From positions 36,107 to 100,106 of the forward strand of contig JAKLDR010000005.1 in the NCBI GenBank assembly GCA_022703445.1: a stretch of 64,000 bases of DNA, in the 5' to 3' direction. The notes under the pieces were generated by a model. The model saw nothing but the letters and a program-made list of their open reading frames with translations. It ran no database searches and was not told where the DNA came from. Below are positions 50,865 to 57,878 of the stretch, piece by piece (position 1 is the first letter of the stretch; each line of letters starts with the position of its first letter). Origin of the DNA: Planctomycetota bacterium (GTDB taxonomy: Bacteria > Planctomycetota > SZUA-567 > JAKLDR01). The position numbers and the translations under genes were made by a program.

Positions 50865-52736
50865 TTATTCTTGCCGCCTTGTGTCCTGGCAAGGAATGCG
50901 CACACGGTAGAGATCCTGCCCCTTCATTGCCAAGTACTCCACTGTGCCGTCCTTCAGGAATACTGGGCCACATGTAAGACTGGTGATAGGAGGTGCAGAT
51001 CGGCCGTCAACAACAACTACTCGTTGGCCACCGGTGTCTGCTACGTAGACGATGCGCGAACTGTCTGGGCTGAAAGCCATAGTGCCAGCATCAATTCCTC
51101 CGAACGCCGGCCCGGGCTGGCCGTCAACGACGGCATATCGTCTTTCTCCGCTACGTGCTACGTAGGCCCAGCGTTTGCCGTCTGCGCTGAAGACGGGCAT
51201 TGGTGACAGTATCTCATCATACTCAGGACCTGCGGTGGCATCGTATACCACACACTGTCCCCCACCACGCTTGTCGAATAGTCCGGGGCGTCTTTCGACA
51301 ACATATGTCAAATGCTTCCCATCTGGACTGAAGGCCGGCACTCCCACCACAATATCGCCAAACCGTGAAGCTTCTCTGCCATCGAGAAGCACATGATCCT
51401 TACCGTCGCGGCTGACTACGCAAACGACCTTGGCGCCATCAGGGCTAACGACAGGACATCCTTTCCGGACCGAGTCGTATGGCCCCAACTTCTCGTCATC
51501 GACAACCAGGAACGAACGTCCCCCCTCAAAGCCGACATGCAGCCGTCGCTTGGTGCCAGAGCTGAGGCGCAACGAACCGAAGGCAATGGCATCAGTTTCG
51601 GGTCCGGAGTTGCCATCAAGTACAGAACTCCACTTGCCGCCATCTAGGGCGATATAGGCAAAATGCTTGCTGTCTGTGCTAAACAGCACGTCATCGTTGG
51701 ATATCCCATCGTACTGCTTGGTGGTCTGCTCATCTATCACCACCACCCAACGCTCCTGAGTCACTGCGACATAGGCAAGGCGAGAGCCGTCAGGGCTGAA
51801 ACGAAAGCCGCTCTTGCCAAGGTGATCATACGCCTGACTTTCGCGCCCGTTGACCACCACTATCGGCTTGTTATCTCTTACTCCGACATAGACACACTTG
51901 GTGCTGTCTGGGCTGAAAAGAACATCGCAGATCCTGTCGAATCTAGGGCCAACCTTGCCATCCACAACCACGACAGCTCCGTTATCATTCCGGCCATGGT
52001 AGGCTACGCGTCTGCTGTCAGGGCTGAATATCGGGGCGCCGATCTTGTCGAAGACCGGGCCTGCTTCTTCATCCACAACAACCCGCTCTTTGCCGTCCTC
52101 CTTGATACAATAGGCGAACCGCTGGCCATCAGGACTGAAACAAGGAGGTCCCGCCTCATCACAGGCAAGTCCTTGCTTGCCGTCAAGATGGTAGCGTGCC
52201 TTCTGCCCATCCCAGGCAAGATAAGCTAGGCGCGTTCCCTCTGGACTGAAGCGGCACCACCCTACCCGATCATGTTTCTGCCCCTTCTTCTGGTCAACCA
52301 CGGCCGTCCAATGCGTTCCCTCGGAGGCTACAAATGCGTAGCGCCTCCCGTCAGGGCTGAAGGCGCAAGGGCCAGGTTCGTCGGAGCCGTTAATGCAGGT
52401 GGACATGATGCTATCGCATTCCATTTCAACACGCCCGTTCACAACCACACAACGCTTGCGTCCCTTGTTGCCTACGTAGAAGCATAGGGTGCCTTTGGGG
52501 TTGAAATGAACACCAGCTAATGCCTCGAATCGTGGACCTAGCGCGCCATCCAGTACCACGCGGTAGTTTCCGTCGCGCTCACTGACAACGAGGGCGGCAT
52601 GGCACCCGGATGGAGTTGCCGACAGGTATGTCCTGTGCACCCGCCAATCGTCAGCCACTCTGCAGAGAAGTTGCTCTTCGCCCATCGCAGAGTGGACTTG
52701 GAACAGACATGACGCGAGAATGATCCAAGTGCGCAT
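50865..52736 (-). CDS. secreted PD40/TolB-like (WD40-like) repeat protein with about 12 tandem ~45-aa modules
   Basis: ORF 50865..52769. Start at MRTWIILASCLFQVHSAMG (ATG 52736). Twelve recurrences of FSPDG/FSPDS/FSADG-x-R/K-x-AY...VV(V)DG..GP.(Y/F)D.I. G+C is visibly lower (two hand-counted lines gave 53-55%). Confidence 0.8.
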   Translation of the reverse strand: MRTWIILASCLFQVHSAMGEEQLLCRVADDWRVHRTYLSATPSGCHAALVVSERDGNYRVVLDGALGPRFEALAGVHFNPKGTLCFYVGNKGRKRCVVVNGRVEMECDSIMSTCINGSDEPGPCAFSPDGRRYAFVASEGTHWTAVVDQKKGQKHDRVGWCRFSPEGTRLAYLAWDGQKARYHLDGKQGLACDEAGPPCFSPDGQRFAYCIKEDGKERVVVDEEAGPVFDKIGAPIFSPDSRRVAYHGRNDNGAVVVVDGKVGPRFDRICDVLFSPDSTKCVYVGVRDNKPIVVVNGRESQAYDHLGKSGFRFSPDGSRLAYVAVTQERWVVVIDEQTTKQYDGISNDDVLFSTDSKHFAYIALDGGKWSSVLDGNSGPETDAIAFGSLRLSSGTKRRLHVGFEGGRSFLVVDDEKLGPYDSVRKGCPVVSPDGAKVVCVVSRDGKDHVLLDGREASRFGDIVVGVPAFSPDGKHLTYVVERRPGLFDKRGGGQCVVYDATAGPEYDEILSPMPVFSADGKRWAYVARSGERRYAVVDGQPGPAFGGIDAGTMAFSPDSSRIVYVADTGGQRVVVVDGRSAPPITSLTCGPVFLKDGTVEYLAMKGQDLYRVRIPCQDTRRQE

Positions 52737-52856
52737 TTCCGACCCTCTACGTAAGATCAGTGTCACCATGTGCGACTCCAGCCTAGCACGAAACGCTGCT
52801 TAGTATCGTACTTGCGTCTCGTGTCTCGTCGTCTCGTGTCTCCCTCGTGTCTCGTC

Positions 52857-52938
52857 GTGTCTCGTCGGAGCACGACATCCTCCTGGCGCACAGCTTCGTC
52901 GTGTCTCGTCGGAGCACGACATCCTCCTGGCGCACAGC
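52857..52938. repeat. two tandem 38-nt units (44-bp period), each carrying the inverted 19-nt core
   Basis: GTGTCTCGTCGGAGCACGACATCCTCCTGGCGCACAGC at 52857-52894 and 52901-52938. CTCGTCGGAGCACGACATC is the exact reverse complement of the core at 50756-50774. A GTCTCGT-word tract precedes it (52810-52860). Confidence 0.9.
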
Positions 52939-53073
52939 GAGTTAGATGCTCCCGAAACCTCATTTGTACCCCGTCCATTGCGTTTTCGGGGGCCAAATCA
53001 ACGCGTACGGCCTCCGGCCAGCGGGTAAGGCCACGCACGGATGGCCTCTCGGCAGTGCCGCTTCGCGGGGACT

Positions 53074-53835
53074 TCAATCTTTCCCCTTCCCAGACTCTGC
53101 CCCGGCAGGCCCCCGCCCATAGGGCTCCTCGGTCTCGCGCACCAGCCACGAATCGTCTTGGCCGCGCCGGATCTCCAGCTTCGCCCGCCACTCGTTCGCG
53201 TCCGCGACCCCGTTCACGAACTCCTGGCTGCCCACCGCGATCGAGTCGGTCCACTGCGCCTCGCGGCCCAGCCGGTGCGCATCCAGCGCCTCGGCGATCA
53301 TCGCCTGGTGGTCGCGGGCCAGCTCCGCGGCGCTGGGCGTCCCGGTCAGCTCCAGGAGCTTCTCCCGGTCGAGCACCAGGAACTTCCGGCGCTCGCCGGC
53401 CAGCTCGTCGTAGCCGCACCACCGCCACTCCCGCGGATGTCCAACAACCCCGGCCCGGACCATGTTCAGGTCGATGTAGCGCATGCACCGCCAGAGGTGC
53501 TCGCCGCTCTCGACCATCGTGCAGTGATAGCGCCCGTTCCAAAACGCCCCGCTGCGCCGCCGGCGCAGGTTGTACCACTTGCCGAACTCGCCCTGCAGCC
53601 GCTGCATGAACCGGGCGATGGCCGCCGGCTCTTGGGCGCTGACCAGCAGGTGCACGTGGTTGCTGGTCAGGCACCACGAAAGCAGCGAGACGTCCGAGCC
53701 GCCCAGGACCTCCCGCAGGCGCCGGCGGTACTCCTGCCGGTGCGCCTTGAAGCGGAGGAGGAACTTCCGGTCGTGACAGCGGTGCGTCAGGTGGCAGGCG
53801 CTTCCGGGCAGGACATATCTATTTGCTACCGGCAT
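53074..53835 (-). CDS. REP-associated tyrosine transposase (RAYT, IS200-like Y1/HUH transposase), copy 1
   Basis: 253 aa. HUH motif SNHVHLLVSAQ. Tyr motif RYIDLNMVRAGVV. Inverted REP-like cores flank it (52861-52923 on one side, 53948-53966 on the other). Confidence 0.85.
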   Translation of the reverse strand: MPVANRYVLPGSACHLTHRCHDRKFLLRFKAHRQEYRRRLREVLGGSDVSLLSWCLTSNHVHLLVSAQEPAAIARFMQRLQGEFGKWYNLRRRRSGAFWNGRYHCTMVESGEHLWRCMRYIDLNMVRAGVVGHPREWRWCGYDELAGERRKFLVLDREKLLELTGTPSAAELARDHQAMIAEALDAHRLGREAQWTDSIAVGSQEFVNGVADANEWRAKLEIRRGQDDSWLVRETEEPYGRGPAGAESGKGKD

Positions 53836-53860
53836 GGTGGCGCATCATACCCGCCCGAAG

Positions 53861-53899
53861 CGTCCGTGCAAGAATCGGGTGGCAATAAACGCACGGACG
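53861..53899. repeat. REP-like hairpin
   Basis: CGTCCGTGC (53861-53869) pairs with GCACGGACG (53891-53899). The same stem sequence occurs in the hairpins at 50667-50706 and 54078-54117. Confidence 0.8.
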
Positions 53900-53970
53900 G
53901 GCCCAAAACAGCTTCTCCAGAACACCTAACCACTTATGCCGCAGCGGGATGCCGTGCTCCGACGAGGATG
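53890..53970 (+). repeat. ~80-bp repeat B, copy 2 (core GATGCCGTGCTCCGACGAG at 53948-53966)
   Basis: Aligns with 50698-50778. The core has one mismatch. Confidence 0.85.
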
Positions 53971-53990
53971 CGTAGGATGCGTTGCGTCCT

Positions 53991-54128
53991 TAGGAGTGTC
54001 GCAGCCGTTTTGGCTTATGTATTTGGACTGTCACCCCGGTTGCAGGGGGCCGGCGGCCCGGCGAACGCACCACAAAAGTCCGTGCGCGCAGAATTCTGGG
54101 CAGAAAATCGCACGGACGGGCCCAGAAC
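53991..54128 (+). repeat. ~137-bp direct repeat, copy 2 (contains hairpin 54078-54117)
   Basis: Aligns with 50581-50717. GTCCGTGCG (54078-54086) pairs with CGCACGGAC (54109-54117). Confidence 0.9.
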
Positions 54129-54472
54129 CGGACTCCAGTCATGGTCAACCCATTGCAGGACAGAGAGATGGCGTGGTCCGACCCCGAAGCCCGGAACCCG
54201 AAGCCCGGAAGCCCGCCCCGTGACTGGTCTCGCCGTCTTCTTGGCCGTTCAGCCTCGGTGGACCCATTCACCCTGTCTAGCCCTCAATCCTTCGCAATGC
54301 TTCGACGGCCGCATCGTGAACGCGCCAGTCGCTGTCACCAAGCAGCCTCTTCAGCGCTGGCACAGCATCGCTGGCCGCTGACCCGATCCCGCCCAACGCT
54401 TTGGCGGCATCCTGTCTGATATCACCACTCTGGCATTCCAACATCTTGGGGGCTTCCGGGGACACAACACTT

Positions 54473-55135
54473 TTACCCCCCTGTCCTTCTCGGCCGTCTC
54501 TGCAGGTCCCGCCCGGTGAGCTTCTCCACCAGCTTGACGAACTCCCGGTCGCCGGCCGGGCGCGACGTGCGCGACGACCGCCGCAGCTGCCTCTCGGCCG
54601 GTTCGTCCGCGCCGGTCAGGAGTTCGCGCCACGCGCGGGCGTCGGGCACCAGCCCCAGCAGCGTCCGGTCCCGGATCAGCGGGTCCTTGTCCTGCAAGGC
54701 CAGATGATAGCGAGCGCTCGACCACGGCCAGTCTTCCGCTTGCGCGGCCAAACCGGCCTTCACCGGATTGAGTTCCGTGTACCGCGCCGCAGCCAGCAGA
54801 TGGCGCTGATCGAGCACGCACGAACCGAAGCGCCCCTGGAACAGGTAGCCGCGCGCCCCCTCGGCGAAGTTGCGCCAGCGGGTGTAGCGCTTGTGCGCCT
54901 CGCCGACCGCGCGGGCCAGCGCGGTCTCCTCCGGCGGCACCATCACCAGATGGACATGGTTGGTCATCAGGCACCAGGCCAGCACTTCCACCCCCTGGAG
55001 ACGGCAGTGCTCGGCCATCAGTTCGAGGTAAGTCCGCCGTTGGGCGTCGGTGCTGAGCACGTCCATCGAGCGCACCCCGCGCTGCGTGACATGATGCGGA
55101 TGCCCGGATACCACAACACGTGCGATTCTTGCCAT
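54473..55135 (-). CDS. REP-associated tyrosine transposase (RAYT, IS200-like), copy 2
   Basis: ORF 54473..55171. Start at MARIARVVVSGHPHHVTQRG (ATG 55135). HUH motif TNHVHLVMVPP. Tyr motif RYTELNPVKAGL. 220 aa. Confidence 0.85.
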   Translation of the reverse strand: MARIARVVVSGHPHHVTQRGVRSMDVLSTDAQRRTYLELMAEHCRLQGVEVLAWCLMTNHVHLVMVPPEETALARAVGEAHKRYTRWRNFAEGARGYLFQGRFGSCVLDQRHLLAAARYTELNPVKAGLAAQAEDWPWSSARYHLALQDKDPLIRDRTLLGLVPDARAWRELLTGADEPAERQLRRSSRTSRPAGDREFVKLVEKLTGRDLQRRPRRTGG

Positions 55136-55288
55136 GACCGGATGACTATATCCGAAACAGAAGAACTTCAAGAGGGAAAAGTGTTGTGTCCCCCGAAGCC
55201 TCCCGTGCGATTCTTGCCATGACCGGATGACTATATCCGAAACAGAAGAACTTCAAGAGGGAAAAGTGTTGTGTCCCCCGAAGCCTCC
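55119..55288. repeat. 85-bp tandem duplication (2 units) covering the RAYT-2 start codon, its upstream region and the right inverted end
   Basis: Units 55119-55203 and 55204-55288 (CGTGCGATTCTTGCCATGACCGGATGACTATATCCGAAACAGAAGAACTTCAAGAGGGAAAAGTGTTGTGTCCCCCGAAGCCTCC) appear identical by eye. Confidence 0.9.
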
Positions 55289-55372
55289 GTGAGCCCCAAC
55301 ATCGAAAGCGTCAGCAGGGACACGCACTGCCACATGACCGTTCTCCGGCGCATAGAAATCCTCCTGCCGCCG

Positions 55373-55404
55373 TCAGCTTACCCCGCCCGGCGGTGGCGCG
55401 CAAG
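55373..55404 (+). repeat. 32-nt direct repeat, copy 1
   Basis: TCAGCTTACCCCGCCCGGCGGTGGCGCGCAAG. It matches 59996-60027 at 31 of 32 positions. Confidence 0.85.
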
Positions 55405-55443
55405 GCTCTCCCCGTCCCTAGGAGCGACGCAAGGAGGGGTGGC

Positions 55444-55986
55444 CTACTTGCCAGCCGCTTTGGCCCGGACTGTCTGCAGCGAGTAGTCGGCGGCGGAACG
55501 CACGTCCTCGTGCCGATCTGTGGCCGCCAGTTCCAGAGCGGCGATCACCTCGGTGATCCGGTTGCCAAGTTCGCAGTCACGCAGGCCCTCTACTGACGCT
55601 AGGCGGATCAGCGGGTTGGAGTCGGTGATACCATCGAGCGCTGCGACGACGGACCGCCCGTCGCAGATCTGCAAAAGGAGGTAAGCTGCAGACTCGCGGT
55701 CGCCGGACGGTCTCAGCAGCCTAATGTAGAGCCTGGTCTTGCGGGCTGCCTCTCGTGGATTGTCTAGCAGTCGGCCCTCTATCGCGCTGGCAAGTCCCAA
55801 GTAGTGGACCTTGGCGGGTTGGCTGCGCTCCAGGTCGTTGACCGCATTATTCACCTGCCACACCGGCACCACCACCGCACCGACGAACCAGGCCAGGCCG
55901 AGGGCCAGGAGGATGGCCGCCGTCCACGCCGCCATCGGCCGCCAGGTGCGGAGGGGCTTGGCAGGCTGGTCAGCGGGCTCGGTCAC
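55444..55986 (-). CDS. membrane-anchored HEAT-repeat protein
   Basis: 180 aa. GTG start with GAGGAG 8 nt upstream. TM segment AAWTAAILLALGLAWFVGAVVV. HEAT-like DSNPLIRLASVEGLRD...ATDRHEDVRSAADYSLQTV. Confidence 0.75.
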   Translation of the reverse strand: MTEPADQPAKPLRTWRPMAAWTAAILLALGLAWFVGAVVVPVWQVNNAVNDLERSQPAKVHYLGLASAIEGRLLDNPREAARKTRLYIRLLRPSGDRESAAYLLLQICDGRSVVAALDGITDSNPLIRLASVEGLRDCELGNRITEVIAALELAATDRHEDVRSAADYSLQTVRAKAAGK

Positions 55987-56014
55987 TTCGCCGGCTCCTC
56001 GCGACAGCTGTTAC

Positions 56015-56410
56015 CTATGACACCCATCGTGATGGAAACTCGAGAACCCATTTCCCATCCACACGACGGGCAACGCCTTCTGCCCCACCTGATGCCTCGG
56101 GATCGCGATACTGACAGTATAGAACTTCAGCAGTCGTGTCGTTCAGCCATCGCGTGATCGAGAGCTGCAGCAACCACGCCGGGCGTCCCTCTCCCCGTTC
56201 CCGAACGAACCCATGGGCATCCTTGGCTGCTTCCGAGGCCCTGCGGAAGACGGCCACACCGGAGCTGTTAAGTCTGGCCAGCAGGTCTCCGGAGATGTCC
56301 TGCCCATCGCCGCATCCAACAAACCATTCCTTCACATGGGTCCGCCTCTCCAAGGCATGAAAAGCGAGAGCCTCCAATAGCGACGCCTCTGATTCGTGCG
56401 AAGCTGTCAT
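56015..56410 (-). CDS. hypothetical protein (131 aa)
   Basis: ORF 56015..56458. I prefer ATG 56410 (MTASHESE), preceded by GGGAGGT. I recognise no family. Confidence 0.6.
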   Translation of the reverse strand: MTASHESEASLLEALAFHALERRTHVKEWFVGCGDGQDISGDLLARLNSSGVAVFRRASEAAKDAHGFVRERGEGRPAWLLQLSITRWLNDTTAEVLYCQYRDPEASGGAEGVARRVDGKWVLEFPSRWVS

Positions 56411-56415
56411 CGTGT

Positions 56416-56452
56416 CAACCTCCCCCGCCATTCTCCCCGCCCCCCGCGCCCG
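56416..56452. repeat. conserved junction motif upstream of small genes, copy 1
   Basis: CAACCTCCCCCGCCATTCTCCCCGCCCCCCGCGCCCG. A near-identical copy (one indel) lies at 56885-56920. On the sense strand it supplies the SD (GGGGAGGTTG) of the downstream gene. Confidence 0.8.
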
Positions 56453-56476
56453 GCGCAAGGCGCGGGAGGAGCAACT

Positions 56477-56854
56477 TCAGGGTCGGGCTGGTGGCTTCCC
56501 GGGAGGCCAGGCGTCTATCCGGATGAGTCTCTCCCTCAGCAGTTCGCGGACAAACGATTCCTCTGAGGCTGACGCCCACAGCTCACTTGGATGATCATGG
56601 AAACCGAACAGCTCAATGCCACCTCGAACCAACCGGAAGTTGCGGGTCTTGATGATGTTGTCGTTGGTGCACCACGTGGCCAGCAAGGACGGAACGTCCT
56701 CAGCGGAAAAGGCCCGTTCATCAATCTCAATGGTTGCGCCCTGGCCATAGTGTTCTAGAATGCGCTTGAAGACCGCTGAGTACCTCGTAGTACTTAGCCC
56801 ATAGATACTTGACGGCTCCTTCCTCTGCCCGTTGAGCCAATTCCAGAACGACAT
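56477..56854 (-). CDS. hypothetical protein (125 aa)
   Basis: ATG-initiated ORF with coding-like composition. I recognise no family. Confidence 0.6.
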   Translation of the reverse strand: MSFWNWLNGQRKEPSSIYGLSTTRYSAVFKRILEHYGQGATIEIDERAFSAEDVPSLLATWCTNDNIIKTRNFRLVRGGIELFGFHDHPSELWASASEESFVRELLRERLIRIDAWPPGKPPARP

Positions 56855-56884
56855 GTGCAGGCTCCCATCCGCCTACGAGGCATC

Positions 56885-56920
56885 CAACCTCCCCGCCATT
56901 CTCCCCGCCCCCCGCGCCCG
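56885..56920. repeat. conserved junction motif upstream of small genes, copy 2
   Basis: CAACCTCCCCGCCATTCTCCCCGCCCCCCGCGCCCG. See 56416-56452. Confidence 0.8.
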
Positions 56921-56939
56921 CTGCAAGGCCAGGCGTGGC

Positions 56940-57302
56940 CTACTTCCCCATTAGGGCGGAGATGATGGGCTCACCCAGCCAGATGATCCTCACCACCACG
57001 CAACCCAGATAGGTGATTACGAAAGCCAGCGGGATCAAATACAGGATCAGCGTCCACGCTCGGGTGGCCCACCGCGTCTTCCTGATCCATAGGAGGGTGC
57101 CGATATCGATGACCACAGCGCCCAGTGCCGCCTGCCAGATGGTCTTGCCGAGAGGTGCGCCATCCAGGCCAAGCCACACAGCCATAGCGACGAGGCCAAT
57201 ACCAGAGATCAGCCAGAAGGGAACTGTTAGCAGGGTCTTGAGCCTCTTGAGGAACACCGACTGTTCGAACAGAGGGGCATTGAGAAGCTTGAGGAGTCCC
57301 AT
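56940..57302 (-). CDS. small integral membrane protein (about 120 aa, 3-4 TM)
   Basis: ORF 56940..57329 (GTG). I prefer ATG 57302 (MGLLKLLNAP), preceded by GGAGAGG. Hydrophobic segments VPFWLISGIGLVAMAVWL, AALGAVVIDIGTLLWI and WTLILYLIPLAFVITYLGCVVV. Confidence 0.65.
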   Translation of the reverse strand: MGLLKLLNAPLFEQSVFLKRLKTLLTVPFWLISGIGLVAMAVWLGLDGAPLGKTIWQAALGAVVIDIGTLLWIRKTRWATRAWTLILYLIPLAFVITYLGCVVVRIIWLGEPIISALMGK

Positions 57303-57307
57303 CAGGT

Positions 57308-57379
57308 CTACCTCTCCCCCGCCGTCCACGCCGCCATCGGCCGCCAGGGGCGGAGGGGCGGGGCGGGTTGGTCAGTCAC
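57308..57379 (-). other. 23-codon leader ORF homologous to the N-terminus of the 55444 gene (remnant or uORF)
   Basis: GTG 57379 ... TAG 57310-57308 encodes MTDQPAPPLRPWRPMAAWTAGER. Compare MTEPADQPAKPLRTWRPMAAWTAA at 55986-55915. It ends 5 nt before ATG 57302. Confidence 0.5.
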
Positions 57380-57425
57380 TTCCGGCATGGCGTCCTAAGT
57401 CCCCACGGATGGCCCGGTTAATTTC

Positions 57426-57460
57426 CCGAAGGCCCGGCGAAGCAGGCATCGGGCCTTCGG
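57426..57460 (-). terminator. stem-loop downstream of the 57465 gene
   Basis: Perfect 11-bp stem CCGAAGGCCCG (57426-57436) / CGGGCCTTCGG (57450-57460) with a 13-nt loop. It is followed on the sense strand by GAAATTAA, a weak U-tract. Confidence 0.5.
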
Positions 57461-57464
57461 CCGT

Positions 57465-57752
57465 TCATTCATGCTTGGTCATGGCGTCGATGAACTCGAG
57501 CTCCAGACCGCCCGTCGACTTGGCGATCACGTTATAGAGGGCCGCCATGATGACCCCGCCGATAAAGCCCACGATGCCGTACAGGACCGGCAGGGCCAGG
57601 ATGAACAGCATGCCGGCAGGAGCCGCCGGGCCGAAGGCGGACATCAGCAGGAAGACGGGGATAAAGACCATGCCGAGGGCGGCATAGAGAAGGCCCAGTA
57701 CGAGCCCGGCCCGAAGGGGGGCCACGCGGGTAAGACGTTTCACTGCAATCAT
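57465..57752 (-). CDS. small integral membrane protein (95 aa)
   Basis: ORF 57465..57767. I prefer ATG 57752 (MIAVKRL), preceded by GGAGGT. Three hydrophobic segments. C-terminal GGLELEFIDAMTKHE. Confidence 0.65.
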   Translation of the reverse strand: MIAVKRLTRVAPLRAGLVLGLLYAALGMVFIPVFLLMSAFGPAAPAGMLFILALPVLYGIVGFIGGVIMAALYNVIAKSTGGLELEFIDAMTKHE

Positions 57753-57878
57753 GTGCGGAACCTCCATTCCCCGTAAGCTGTCGCTGCTTCCCCGCTCACG
57801 TCAGAGATCAAACAGTCCTTTCTTTGCCGGAGCGGGTTCCGAGCCCGTACCGGCTTCCGGCTTGGTTGGCGTCATCCT

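Larger units (their letters stand above)
54446..55295 (-). mobile_element. 850-bp insertion carrying RAYT copy 2, with imperfect ~27-nt inverted ends and flanking 8-bp direct repeats
   Basis: Ends GCTTCCGGGGACACAACACTTTTACCC (left) and GGGAAAAGTGTTGTGTCCCCCGAAGC (right). CCAACATC occurs at 54438-54445 and 55296-55303. Removing 54446-55303 restores a 72-aa ORF. Confidence 0.7.
54277..55353 (-). pseudogene. small signal-peptide + HEAT-repeat gene split by the RAYT element (N-fragment 55353-55296, C-fragment 54445-54277)
   Basis: The N-fragment ATG 55353 (SD AGGAGG) encodes MRRRTVMWQCVSLLTLSML. The C-fragment encodes ..MLECQSGDIRQDAAKALGGIGSAASDAVPALKRLLGDSDWRVHDAAVEALRRIEG (PBS-lyase/HEAT-like). 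Both are in frame across the 8-bp repeat GATGTTGG. Confidence 0.7.

Noticed and set aside
55981-57384. GAAGTGAC shared between gene starts in the island (GTG starts at 55986 and 57379) and gene stops in the glycan locus (AAG TGA C) as one common element
   Set aside because: A 7-8-mer is expected several times by chance in 128 kb of two-strand sequence. The flanks differ and the function (start versus stop) differs. I kept only the 10-mer stop-context observation within the locus.
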